This document shows positions 7,060 to 16,536 of a stretch of 39,594 nt of DNA, piece by piece; positions within the stretch are counted from its first letter, which is position 1; every line of letters starts with the position of its first letter. Source of the stretch: Lachnospiraceae bacterium (GTDB lineage: Bacteria > Bacillota > Clostridia > Lachnospirales > Lachnospiraceae); assembly GCA_017958465.1 (NCBI GenBank), contig JAGDCQ010000011.1:1-39594 (forward strand), in the 5' to 3' direction. The translations under genes and the position numbers were made by a program. The notes beneath the pieces are model-generated. The model searched no databases, was not told the DNA's origin, and saw only the letters and a program-made list of their open reading frames with translations.

Positions 7060-8832
7060 ATGCGTTATGATGACAGCGTGATAGAAGAAGTGCTGTCCCG
7101 TAATGACATAGTCGATGTTATCGGCGAAAGGATGCACCTTACGAAAAAAGGCGCAAACTACATGGGCCTTTGCCCTTTCCACGGCGAAAAGACCGCCTCC
7201 ATGTCCGTTAACCAGTCAAGGCAGATCTTCAAGTGCTTCGGCTGCGGTGTGGGCGGAAACGTCATAAAGTTCGTGGAAAAGTACGATAACATTTCCTGGG
7301 TCGAAGCCCTGCAGCAGCTTGCCGCAAGGGGCGGCGTCGAGCTTCCGCAGAACACTTATTCTCCTGCGGAGGAAAAGAGACGGCGCGAACGGGAACAGCT
7401 CTACGAAATAAATAAGGACGCGGCGGCCTTCTACTACAGGCTGCTCCGGTCCCCTGCGGGCGCTAACGGCCTGCGGTATTTCCGCGAAAGGGGCCTGTCC
7501 GACGAAGCCTTGAACCACTACGGTCTCGGTTACTCCGATGCTTCCGGCGACAGCCTTTACAAATATTTGAGATCCAAGGATTATCCGGATCAGCTCATAG
7601 TAAAGAGCGGCCTTTGCGCCATAGACGAAAAGCGGGGCGGCCACGACAAGTTCTGGAACCGCGTGATGTATCCCATCATGAACCCGAACAACCGTGTCCT
7701 TGGCTTCGGCGGCCGTGTAATGGGCCAGGGCGAGCCCAAATACCTGAACTCCCAGGAAAGCGACATCTTTGAAAAGGGCAAGACTCTCTACGGCCTTGCG
7801 GACGCAAAGAAGAGCAGAAAACCCTATTTCCTTATCTGCGAGGGATATATGGACGTTATCGCGCTGTGGTGCGCGGGCTTTGAAAACTCCGTAGCCGCCC
7901 TAGGGACAGCCTTTACGGGCCTCCACGCCAGGGAAATAGCCAAATACACTAAAAACGTTGTCCTTACCTTCGACAGCGATAAAGCCGGCATCGCAGCTGC
8001 GCTCCGTGCCATCCCGATCCTCAAAAGGGCCGGGATCACCTGCAAGGTCTTAAATATGAGCCCCTGCAAGGATCCTGACGAGTTTATGAAGAAGTTCGGG
8101 CCGGAGGAATACGAGAAGCGCATCCTCGATGCAAAGCCGTCCTTCGAATTTGAGGTAGACCGCATGGAAGCCAAGTACAACCTTGCGGACCCCGACGAGA
8201 AAACAAAATTCCAGAACGAATTGGCGCTGCGTCTCGCGGAATTCAGCGACGATATGGAACGCGCCAATTACACGGAGTATGTTAAGGACAGATACAGGAT
8301 GGACCTCGAGCCCCTGAAACGCAAGGTCAACGCAAACCTTGAGACTGTGCGGAACAGGGAACAGCAGGAGGAAGAGCGCGCGGAGGTATCCTTCGAGCAA
8401 AAACTCAAGAGGAAAGCGGATTCCGCTCTCACGAAGGCCCAAAAGAGCCTTCTCACCTGGGCTGCCGCAGAAAAGGACATCCTTCTGGCGTTAAAGAAAT
8501 ACGTGGATCCATCACAGTTTACAGGACTGTTTGGAAAAGTGGCGGAAAAGATCTACTCAAGCGAAAAAGAAAAGATCAATCCCGCCGTCATCCTTGAGGA
8601 ATTCGACGAAGAGGAGCAATCGGAAGTTGCCGATATCTTTGCCTACGACCAGCTCCCGGCTACCAGCGAGGGAGGCAGGGAAAAGATGTTTTCCGACATG
8701 GTAAGGCACATCCTCGACAAAGAGCTTGAAGACAGGGAAAACGCCGCGGAGGAATCCGGCGACCTTAATCTTCTGGTCGAGATCGAGAAAAAACGAAACG
8801 AATTAAAAAAAGCAAATTTCAAAATAAAATGA
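7060..8832 (+). CDS. dnaG: DNA primase DnaG
   Basis: CHC2 zinc finger [13 protein letters not shown]...[19 protein letters not shown] motif EGYMDVI, and a sigA gene immediately downstream. Confidence 0.95.
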   Translation: MRYDDSVIEEVLSRNDIVDVIGERMHLTKKGANYMGLCPFHGEKTASMSVNQSRQIFKCFGCGVGGNVIKFVEKYDNISWVEALQQLAARGGVELPQNTYSPAEEKRRREREQLYEINKDAAAFYYRLLRSPAGANGLRYFRERGLSDEALNHYGLGYSDASGDSLYKYLRSKDYPDQLIVKSGLCAIDEKRGGHDKFWNRVMYPIMNPNNRVLGFGGRVMGQGEPKYLNSQESDIFEKGKTLYGLADAKKSRKPYFLICEGYMDVIALWCAGFENSVAALGTAFTGLHAREIAKYTKNVVLTFDSDKAGIAAALRAIPILKRAGITCKVLNMSPCKDPDEFMKKFGPEEYEKRILDAKPSFEFEVDRMEAKYNLADPDEKTKFQNELALRLAEFSDDMERANYTEYVKDRYRMDLEPLKRKVNANLETVRNREQQEEERAEVSFEQKLKRKADSALTKAQKSLLTWAAAEKDILLALKKYVDPSQFTGLFGKVAEKIYSSEKEKINPAVILEEFDEEEQSEVADIFAYDQLPATSEGGREKMFSDMVRHILDKELEDRENAAEESGDLNLLVEIEKKRNELKKANFKIK

Positions 8833-8855
8833 CATCCAAAAGGGGAAAAAGTCAC

Positions 8856-9965
8856 ATGGAAGAGAAACAGCAAAGCTTTAACGATCGCCTGAAAGAGCTC
8901 CTTACGCTTGCAAAGAACAAAAAAGGCGTACTGGATTATCAGGAGATCAACGATTTCTTCGCGGATATGGAGCTTGACGCGAACCGCTTCGACAAGATAA
9001 TCGACTATCTTGAGAGAAACGGTGTTGACGTGTTCAAGGTGCCGGATATCGAGGATATCGACGATGCCGAGATCGTACTCGACGACGAGGAAGCCGATCT
9101 TTCTAAGATCGACCTTTCCGTTCCGGAGGGCGTGAGCATCGAGGATCCCGTCCGCATGTATCTTAAAGAGATCGGCAAGGTTCCGCTCCTTTCGGCGGAA
9201 GAGGAGATCGAGCTGGCCCAGCGGATGGAAGAGGGCGACAGAGAAGCTAAAAAGAAGCTTTCAGAGGCAAACCTGCGTCTCGTTGTAAGTATCGCGAAGC
9301 GCTACGTGGGACGTGGCATGCAGTTCCTTGATCTTATCCAGGAAGGCAACCTTGGCCTCATCAAGGCTGTAGATAAATTCGACTATCGCAAAGGCTACAA
9401 ATTCAGTACCTACGCAACATGGTGGATCCGTCAGGCCATTACAAGAGCCATCGCCGACCAGGCAAGGACCATCCGTATCCCCGTTCATATGGTGGAGACG
9501 ATAAACAAACTTATCCGCGTTCAGCGCCAGATGCTCCAGGAGCTCGGCCGCGAGCCTTCCACCGAGGAGATAGCAGAAGAGATGGGACTTCCCGTAGAGC
9601 GCGTCCGCGAGATCCAGAACATCTCCCAGGAGCCTGTATCCCTTGAAACCCCTATCGGCGAAGAGGAAGACAGCCATCTCGGCGATTTCATAAAGGACGA
9701 CAACGTGCCCGTTCCCGCAGAGGCAGCGGCAGCAGCCATCTTAAAGGAACAGCTCATGGATGTCCTTGACACCCTTACAGAGAGGGAGCGCAAAGTAATA
9801 AGGCTCCGCTTCGGCCTTGACGACGGAAGGGCACGCACCCTTGAAGAAGTGGGACGCGAGTTCCAGGTTACGCGTGAGCGTATCAGGCAGATAGAGGCAA
9901 AGGCCTTAAGAAAGCTGCGCCATCCTACCAGGAGCAGAAGGCTCAGGGATTTCCTTGAAGATTGA
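8856..9965 (+). CDS. sigA: Primary RNA polymerase sigma factor (sigma-70/SigA)
   Basis: Region 2 motifs ([36 protein letters not shown]), region 3, and region 4 ([27 protein letters not shown]). I prefer ATG 8856 because AGGGGAA lies 8 nt upstream. The alternative is ATG 8829, which overlaps the dnaG stop as ATGA. Confidence 0.93.
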   Translation: MEEKQQSFNDRLKELLTLAKNKKGVLDYQEINDFFADMELDANRFDKIIDYLERNGVDVFKVPDIEDIDDAEIVLDDEEADLSKIDLSVPEGVSIEDPVRMYLKEIGKVPLLSAEEEIELAQRMEEGDREAKKKLSEANLRLVVSIAKRYVGRGMQFLDLIQEGNLGLIKAVDKFDYRKGYKFSTYATWWIRQAITRAIADQARTIRIPVHMVETINKLIRVQRQMLQELGREPSTEEIAEEMGLPVERVREIQNISQEPVSLETPIGEEEDSHLGDFIKDDNVPVPAEAAAAAILKEQLMDVLDTLTERERKVIRLRFGLDDGRARTLEEVGREFQVTRERIRQIEAKALRKLRHPTRSRRLRDFLED

Positions 9966-10043
9966 TTTTGAACCCTGCGGGATACCCGGGAAAGTGGTAT
10001 CCCATTTTATAGAACCGGTCCAAGAGGCCGGTGTGGAGGGATT

Positions 10044-10745
10044 ATGAGACTTTCGGCAAGGCTCATGATGAGCGCTATGATGGTAACCCCCGGCGTACGT
10101 GTGGCCGACGTAGGCTGTGATCACGCGCACACCTCCATATGGCTTACAGAAAACGGAAAAGTTGCGGGCTGTATCGCAATGGATCTGCGTGAAGGCCCTT
10201 TACGGGCTGCCGCCAAAAACATTAAGATGTGCGGCTACGAAGACAAGATAGAGACAAGGCTCTCGGACGGGCTTGATAACCTTAAGCCCCTCGAGGCAGA
10301 CTGCATCCTCATATCGGGAATGGGGGGCAGCCTCATATCGGAGATCCTCACGAGAGGCAAAGCAACCGCCCAAAGCGCTTCAGAGCTGGTATTACAGCCC
10401 CAGTCGGACATAGACCTTGTAAGGCGCTGTGTTTTCGACCTCGGGTTTGATATCTGCGAAGAGGCCTGTTGCGTGGATTACAACAAGTTTTATCTTTCTA
10501 TACACGCAAAAAAAGGGACCTGCAAAAAAAAGTACAGCGAGTGCGAGATCGCATACGGCAGGCTCCTTCCCGCGGCAAACGATAAAGAATACCACAGATA
10601 TCTGAGCCACGAATATCGCAAAGCTTTGAGAGTATACAACAAGCTCATGTCAGAAGACACGGAAGGCGCACGGGAACGCAGGCCTGTCTTTGAGAAGAAG
10701 GTAAGGCTCTTAAAGGAAGCCCTGGACTGCTTCAGGGTTGAATAA
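10044..10745 (+). CDS. trmK: tRNA (adenine22-N1)-methyltransferase TrmK (YqfN family)
   Basis: Motifs VADVGCDHAH, ISGMGG and the overall length fit TrmK. It sits directly after sigA, as yqfN does in Bacillus. Confidence 0.75.
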   Translation: MRLSARLMMSAMMVTPGVRVADVGCDHAHTSIWLTENGKVAGCIAMDLREGPLRAAAKNIKMCGYEDKIETRLSDGLDNLKPLEADCILISGMGGSLISEILTRGKATAQSASELVLQPQSDIDLVRRCVFDLGFDICEEACCVDYNKFYLSIHAKKGTCKKKYSECEIAYGRLLPAANDKEYHRYLSHEYRKALRVYNKLMSEDTEGARERRPVFEKKVRLLKEALDCFRVE

Positions 10746-10762
10746 TGTATGGAGGAACAGAA

Positions 10763-12415
10763 ATGGACAACATTACAGTAACAGTAAGAGGAAAAAAGAA
10801 AGAATACAAAAAGGGGACAAGCTTATTTGACATTAGCCGGGATTTCGCAAGCGAATACCCGTATGATATCATCCTTGCTTCGCGTGACGGAAGACTGCGT
10901 GAGCTCAACAAGACCGTTAACAGGGACTGCGAAGTGGACTTCCTCACCATCGGTGACGGCGACGGCCACAAGACATACATCCGCGGCATCATCCTTGTTA
11001 TGCTCCGTGCTTTTGAGCGCGAGCTCGGCAAAGAAGTTCAGATCAAAGTAGAGCACTCGGTAGGGCCCGCTCTCTATTGCGAGGCCGAAGGCACCGCCAT
11101 CACACCCGAGGTGATAAACGGCGTTAAAGCCAAGATGCGTGAGATGATCACGGAGGATATCCCCTTCCGCAAGCGCTCCGTAAGCACGGCAGAGGCTGTG
11201 GAGCTTTTCGCGAAGAGAGGGATGACGGACAAGGAGCGCCTTTTCAGGTTCCGCCGCACTTCCCGTACCAACATCTACAGCTTTGACGGGTACGAGGATT
11301 ATTTCTATGGCTATATGCCCACAAGCGCCGGGATCCTTAAGATATTCGATCTTTTCGCATACGGCGAAGGCTTTATGCTCCTTCTCCCCACAGTAAAGAA
11401 GCCGGACGAGCTTCCCGAGTTCGAGGACAAGCCTCTCTTCTTTGCAACCCTTCAGGGCGCAAACCGCTGGGGCAGGATGATGGGCATCGAAAACGTGGGA
11501 CAGCTCAACAAGGAGATCACGGAAGGCCAGAGCTCGGATATCATCCTTATCCAGGAGGCCCTCATCGAGAAGAGGATCGGCGAGATCGCAGAGATGATCA
11601 GGGATTCGGGCAACAAGAAGTTCATCATGATCGCAGGTCCGTCATCTTCGGGAAAGACAACCTTCTCCCACAGACTTTCGATACAGCTGCGCACCCTTGG
11701 CTTTAAGCCGCACCCCATCGGGCTTGACGACTATTTCAAGAACCGCGAGGATACGCCCAAGGACGAGGACGGAAACTACAACTTCGAGTGCCTTGAGGCC
11801 ATAGACGTAGAGCAGTTCAACAAAGATATGACAGCGCTCCTTAGGGGCGAAGAGGTAGAGCTTCCCGTGTTCAACTTCAAGACCGGAAAGCGCGAATACA
11901 AGGGCAACAGAAAGAAACTTGGTCCGGACGACGTGCTCGTTATCGAGGGCATCCACGGCCTTAATGATAAGATGTCCTACGCACTGCCTGCAGAGAGCAA
12001 GTTCAAGATCTACATCAGCGCCCTTACACAGCTCAACATCGACGATCACAACAGGATCCCCACTACAGACGGCCGTCTGCTGCGCCGTATCGTAAGAGAT
12101 GCGCGCACCCGCGGTACAGACGCGAGGAGCACCATCGCCATGTGGCCTTCGGTACGCCGCGGCGAAGAGCTCAACATCTTCCCTTACCAGGAGAAGGCCG
12201 ATGTTATCTTCAACTCGGCTATGATCTACGAGCTGCCTGTATTAAAGCAGTTTGTGGAGCCCCTTCTTTTCGGGATCGATGAGAGCTGCGATGAGTTCAC
12301 GGAAGCAAAGAGACTTTTGAAGTTCCTCGACTACTTCCTGTGCATGAACACAGAAAACATCCCGAAGAACTCACTTATCCGCGAGTTCATCGGAGGAAGT
12401 ATATTTAACGTTTGA
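10763..12415 (+). CDS. Nucleoside kinase of the uridine kinase/PRK family with an N-terminal TGS/ThrRS-like domain
   Basis: P-loop IAGPSSSGKTTFS, followed by GLDDYF, VIEGIHGL and the C-terminal RRIVRDARTRG. I prefer ATG 10763 because GGAGGA lies 5 nt upstream, over the ORF-track start at 10745. Confidence 0.7.
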   Translation: MDNITVTVRGKKKEYKKGTSLFDISRDFASEYPYDIILASRDGRLRELNKTVNRDCEVDFLTIGDGDGHKTYIRGIILVMLRAFERELGKEVQIKVEHSVGPALYCEAEGTAITPEVINGVKAKMREMITEDIPFRKRSVSTAEAVELFAKRGMTDKERLFRFRRTSRTNIYSFDGYEDYFYGYMPTSAGILKIFDLFAYGEGFMLLLPTVKKPDELPEFEDKPLFFATLQGANRWGRMMGIENVGQLNKEITEGQSSDIILIQEALIEKRIGEIAEMIRDSGNKKFIMIAGPSSSGKTTFSHRLSIQLRTLGFKPHPIGLDDYFKNREDTPKDEDGNYNFECLEAIDVEQFNKDMTALLRGEEVELPVFNFKTGKREYKGNRKKLGPDDVLVIEGIHGLNDKMSYALPAESKFKIYISALTQLNIDDHNRIPTTDGRLLRRIVRDARTRGTDARSTIAMWPSVRRGEELNIFPYQEKADVIFNSAMIYELPVLKQFVEPLLFGIDESCDEFTEAKRLLKFLDYFLCMNTENIPKNSLIREFIGGSIFNV

Positions 12416-12435
12416 TCGCAAGATCGCAAGAATAG

Positions 12436-14073
12436 GTGACAAATTTGGAAGACAACAAACAGTACGAAGAAGTCTGCGGAATGTGCAGACGTACAGAAAG
12501 CGTAGCGGGAAAGCTCCTGCATCTGCCGGGTAACCTGAGCATTTGCAGGGACTGCCTGCAGCGGTCCTTCGACTCGCTGGCCGGCGGCTTTCCTTTCGGG
12601 GGGCTGGATCTGAACTCCATCTTCCCGGGTAACAATTTTGACGGCAAGATTTCGTTCGATTTTACCGCAAAGCCCAAGCCCGGCGAGGGCGAAACAGGTG
12701 CGGGGACCGAAGGGACTGCGAATGCGGAGGGCACAAGGGCTTCCGGCAACGGAGCCGATACAGAGACTCCGGAAAAGACAGCAGATCCGGAAGGCCCCAA
12801 AACACCCGAAGGGCCTAAAGCCCCGGAGCAGCCCGTAAACCCCGCCGACAGGCCCGGACAGGGCAGACGCCCCGTGGACGGCAACCCCTTTGGTTCATCG
12901 CTTTTCCACTTTATCTTCAATCCTTCCAGCGTTATGGGGGATGTCCCCGACAGCCAGAGGATCCGGAAAAAGCCTAAGCCCAAGGATCCGGTGCCGGAGC
13001 TTAAGATCGACGAGCTTCCGCCGCCCCACGTTATAAAAGCCCAGCTTGATGAATACGTGATCGGCCAGGAATATGCAAAGAAAGTCATGTCCGTAGCCGT
13101 TTACAACCATTACAAGCGTGTTATGGCGCCGGAAGACGACGGTATCGATATCGAAAAGTCAAATATGCTCATGATAGGGCCCACAGGCTGCGGCAAGACT
13201 TATCTTGTCAAGACACTCGCAAAGGTCCTTAACGTGCCCCTTGCCATCACAGACGCCACCTCCCTCACAGAGGCAGGCTATATTGGCGACGACGTGGAAA
13301 GCGTGCTCTCAAAGCTTCTTGCGGCTGCAGACAACGACGTTGAACGTGCTGAAAAAGGTATTGTCTTCATAGATGAGATCGATAAGATAGCAAAGAAACG
13401 GAACACTACATCCCGCGATGTAAGCGGGGAATCCGTACAGCAGGGGCTCTTAAAGCTCCTTGAGGGGAGCGATGTGGAGGTTCCCGTTGGCGCATCCAGC
13501 AAAAATGCTATGGTGCCCACTACCAACATGAACACATCAAACATCCTCTTTATCTGCGGCGGTGCTTTCCCGGATCTTGACGGGATAATAAAGGAGCGTC
13601 TCAACGAGCACTCTTCAATGGGCTTTGACGCAGACCTGAAGGACAAATACGACGACGATCCGGACATCCTGAAAAAGGTCAAGACCGAGGATCTGCGCGA
13701 ATTCGGCATGATCCCGGAGTTTCTCGGACGTCTTCCCGTAGTGTTCACCTTAAGCGGCCTTACAAAAGAGTCCTACAAGAGGATCCTTACAGAGCCGAAG
13801 AACGCTATATTAAAGCAATACAAAAAGCTCCTTGCCATGGATGAGGTGGATCTCGTTTTCGACGATTCCGCACTCGACGCCATAGCGGAACTGGCAATAG
13901 AGCAAAAGACAGGAGCAAGAGCCCTCAGAGCCATCATCGAGGACTTTATGCTCGATATAATGTTCGAGATCCCCAAGGACGAGAACATAGGACGCGTGAC
14001 CATCACCGGTGATTATATCCGCAAAAAAGGCGGACCCATCGTTGACATGCGCGGACAGGAAAAAAGGCCTTGA
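12436..14073 (+). CDS. clpX: ClpX-family AAA+ unfoldase (divergent; long insert between the zinc-binding domain and the AAA+ module)
   Basis: C4 zinc-binding domain CGMC-x19-CRDC. Motifs LDEYVIGQEYAKKVMSVAVYNHYKR, Walker A GPTGCGKT, pore-1 GYIG, Walker B IVFIDEIDK, and sensor GARALRAIIE. The start is uncertain: GTG 12436, or TTG 12445 preceded by AGGTGA. Confidence 0.8.
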   Translation: MTNLEDNKQYEEVCGMCRRTESVAGKLLHLPGNLSICRDCLQRSFDSLAGGFPFGGLDLNSIFPGNNFDGKISFDFTAKPKPGEGETGAGTEGTANAEGTRASGNGADTETPEKTADPEGPKTPEGPKAPEQPVNPADRPGQGRRPVDGNPFGSSLFHFIFNPSSVMGDVPDSQRIRKKPKPKDPVPELKIDELPPPHVIKAQLDEYVIGQEYAKKVMSVAVYNHYKRVMAPEDDGIDIEKSNMLMIGPTGCGKTYLVKTLAKVLNVPLAITDATSLTEAGYIGDDVESVLSKLLAAADNDVERAEKGIVFIDEIDKIAKKRNTTSRDVSGESVQQGLLKLLEGSDVEVPVGASSKNAMVPTTNMNTSNILFICGGAFPDLDGIIKERLNEHSSMGFDADLKDKYDDDPDILKKVKTEDLREFGMIPEFLGRLPVVFTLSGLTKESYKRILTEPKNAILKQYKKLLAMDEVDLVFDDSALDAIAELAIEQKTGARALRAIIEDFMLDIMFEIPKDENIGRVTITGDYIRKKGGPIVDMRGQEKRP

Positions 14074-14091
14074 GCAAAAGAAATGCTTACT

Positions 14092-14124
14092 GAAACGCTG
14101 GATCGGGCAACCGTTCAGCGTTTC
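14092..14124 (+). other. Intergenic hairpin between clpX and the aminotransferase gene
   Basis: Perfect 9-bp stem GAAACGCTG / CAGCGTTTC with a 15-nt loop. No T-run follows, so its function is unclear. Confidence 0.4.
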
Positions 14125-14164
14125 CTATAAGGCGAAGAACATATAAGTTTAACGGAGGCAGATC

Positions 14165-15352
14165 ATGATCGCGGAACGTATGAAAGAACTTGTAAAAGGC
14201 AGCTCGGTGATAAGGGCTATGTTTGAGGAAGGCAAGAACATGGCGGCGCTTTACGGCGCTGAAAATGTTTACGACTTCAGTCTCGGAAACCCGAGCGTCG
14301 AGCCTCCAAAGGAGATAGCAAATGCCATAAAGGCTGTGCTCGACACGGAAAAGCCCGGTTTTGTCCACGGCTATATGAACAACGCAGGCTACGAGGAAGT
14401 AAGGCAGGCTATCGCCTATTCCCTCAACAAGCGCTTTGGTACGTCCTTCGGACAGAAGAACATCCTCATGACAGTCGGCGCGGCAGGAGGCCTTAACGTC
14501 ATCTTAAAGACCATCCTTGATCCGGGCGACGAGGTAGTGACCTTTGCCCCTTACTTTGGTGAATACAGAAACTACGTAGCAAATTTCGGCGGAAAGCTTG
14601 TTGCCGTAAAGCCGGACACCGCTACATTCCAGCCGGACCTTGCAGAGCTTGAGAAGGTCCTTAACAAGGCTACGAAAGCAGTTATCATAAACACTCCCAA
14701 CAACCCCACCGGCGTTGTTTATTCAAAGGAGACCCTTGAAAACCTGGCAAAAGTCCTCGAAAGTGCGGAGAAGCGCTTTGGGACCTCTATCTACCTCGTT
14801 TCCGACGAGCCCTACAGAGAGCTTGTTTACGACGGCGTGGAAGTGCCCTACGTTACAAAGTTCTACCACAATGCGGTTGTGGGATACTCCTTCAGTAAGT
14901 CCCTTTCCCTTCCCGGTGAGCGTATAGGCTACCTTGTGATCCCCGACACACTCGACGACGCCGAAGAAGTAATAAATGCCGCAAATGTGGCAAACAGGAT
15001 CCTTGGCTTTGTAAACGCCCCTTCCCTTATGCAGCTCGCGGTGGCAAAGTGCCTTGACGCAAAAGTGAACGTGGACGCCTACGACAAAAACCGCAAGCTC
15101 CTTTACGGAACCCTCACAAAGCTTGGCTTTGAGTGCGTAAAGCCCGACGGTGCCTTTTATCTTTTCATGAAATGCCCCATCGAAGATGACAAAGAGTTTG
15201 CAGCCCGTGCAAAGAAATACAATCTGCTCCTTGTTCCCGGCTCATCCTTTGGGTGCGCGGGTTTTGTAAGGATCGCCTACTGCGTGGATCACGCCATGAT
15301 AGAGCGCTCCCTTCCTGCTTTCGAAAAGCTTGCGAAGGAGTTTGGACTGTAA
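14165..15352 (+). CDS. Class I PLP-dependent aminotransferase (aspartate/alanine aminotransferase-like)
   Basis: Motifs NPSVEPP, NTPNNPTG and YSFSKSLSLPGERIGY (PLP lysine). GGAGG lies 6 nt upstream of the ATG. Confidence 0.8.
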   Translation: MIAERMKELVKGSSVIRAMFEEGKNMAALYGAENVYDFSLGNPSVEPPKEIANAIKAVLDTEKPGFVHGYMNNAGYEEVRQAIAYSLNKRFGTSFGQKNILMTVGAAGGLNVILKTILDPGDEVVTFAPYFGEYRNYVANFGGKLVAVKPDTATFQPDLAELEKVLNKATKAVIINTPNNPTGVVYSKETLENLAKVLESAEKRFGTSIYLVSDEPYRELVYDGVEVPYVTKFYHNAVVGYSFSKSLSLPGERIGYLVIPDTLDDAEEVINAANVANRILGFVNAPSLMQLAVAKCLDAKVNVDAYDKNRKLLYGTLTKLGFECVKPDGAFYLFMKCPIEDDKEFAARAKKYNLLLVPGSSFGCAGFVRIAYCVDHAMIERSLPAFEKLAKEFGL

Positions 15353-15372
15353 AGACGAAACGGAGGCACAAA

Positions 15373-16458
15373 ATGAATTCCTGGGAAAACAACCTCATAA
15401 AGATAGATCCCTATGTCCCCGGCGAGCAGCCCTCGGTCCCCGGACAGATAAAACTAAATACCAACGAGAACCCTTATCCTCCGGCTCCGGGAGTAGAGCG
15501 TGCCTTAAAGGAGTTTAACGCAGACGACTTGAGGCTTTACCCCGCAATATCCGCAGAGCCCATAGTGGAGGCGCTCTCGAAGGTTTACGGCATCGAAGAG
15601 GACCGCATTTTCGTGGGAGTCGGCTCGGATGATGTCCTTGCAACCGCCTTCCGTGCGCTGTTCAACTCGGACAAGCCGGTGATCTTTCCGGATATCACCT
15701 ACTCTTTCTATGATGTCTGGGCAAAGCTATTTGGAGTGCCCTTCAGGCAGATCCCCCTGGATGAGGATTTCAGGATGCACAGGGAGGACTACGTCTGCGA
15801 AAACGGCGGCGTTGTGATCTGCAATCCCAATGCACCCACTTCCATTGCGGAGCCTCTGGAATTCGTAGAATACATAGTGAAGAATAACCGGGATTCCGTT
15901 GTTGTGGTGGACGAGGCCTATGTGGATTTCGGCGCGGAGACTGCGTTTCCGCTCCTTGAAAAGTACGAGAACCTGCTCATTGTCCAGACCTTCTCAAAAT
16001 CCAGGTCCCTTGCGGGCCTGAGAGTGGGCTATGCCTTTGGCAGCAGGCGCCTCATCCGTGCCCTGAATGATGTTAAGAATTCCTACAATTCCTACACTAT
16101 AAACAGGCTGTCGGCAGCGGTCGGCCCGTTTGCGGTGCTTGACACCGGGTACTTAAAGGAATGCTGCTAAAAGATAATAACGACCAGGGAGAAGACAGCA
16201 GAAGAGCTGAGAAAACTCGGCTTTTCCGTAAACGACTCCCGGACAAACTTCCTCTTTGCGACCCATAAAGACTTCGAAGCCCGGAAGGTCTTTGAGTACC
16301 TGAGGTCAAAGAACATCTATGTAAGGTGGTTCAACAAGCCAAGGCTTAAGGATTATCTGAGGATAACCGTGGGTACGGACGAACAGATGGAAAAGTTCCT
16401 CGAGGAGCTCCAAAAGGGCATAAAAGAGGGTGCTTTTCGAAATTGTGAAGTCGGCTAA
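15373..16458 (+). pseudogene. hisC: Histidinol-phosphate aminotransferase HisC interrupted by a single in-frame TAA (16168-16170)
   Basis: Motifs KLNTNENPYPP, NPNAPT and QTFSKSRSLAGLRVGY lie upstream of the stop. The same frame continues after the TAA as KIITTREKTAEELRKLGFSV...NFLFATH...IYVRWF...YLRITVGTDEQM, the normal HisC C-terminus, down to TAA 16456-16458. Confidence 0.8.
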
Positions 16459-16462
16459 AAAG

Positions 16463-16491
16463 TTGACAAAATTCAAAATCAATAGTATAAT
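16463..16491 (+). promoter_or_regulatory. Consensus sigma-A promoter upstream of cheR
   Basis: TTGACA (16463-16468), a 17-nt spacer, then TATAAT (16486-16491). Both hexamers match the consensus perfectly. Confidence 0.6.
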
Positions 16492-16536
16492 ATTACCTAC
16501 AATTAACCTGCACTTCTATACATTAGCGAGAATCTC

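Noticed and set aside
12590-12990. The ClpX linker as a frameshift or gene-fusion artefact.
   Set aside because: The zinc-binding domain, linker and AAA+ module share one uninterrupted frame, no internal start or SD separates them, and codon usage looks continuous. The long antisense ORF here is a by-product of the GC-rich low-complexity sequence.
16168-16170. The in-frame TAA in hisC as evidence for stop-codon reassignment.
   Set aside because: TAA cleanly terminates other genes in the window at the expected protein ends: trmO (4223-4225), the GH4 gene (5803-5805) and fliW (39190-39192). A nonsense mutation or a sequencing error is more parsimonious.
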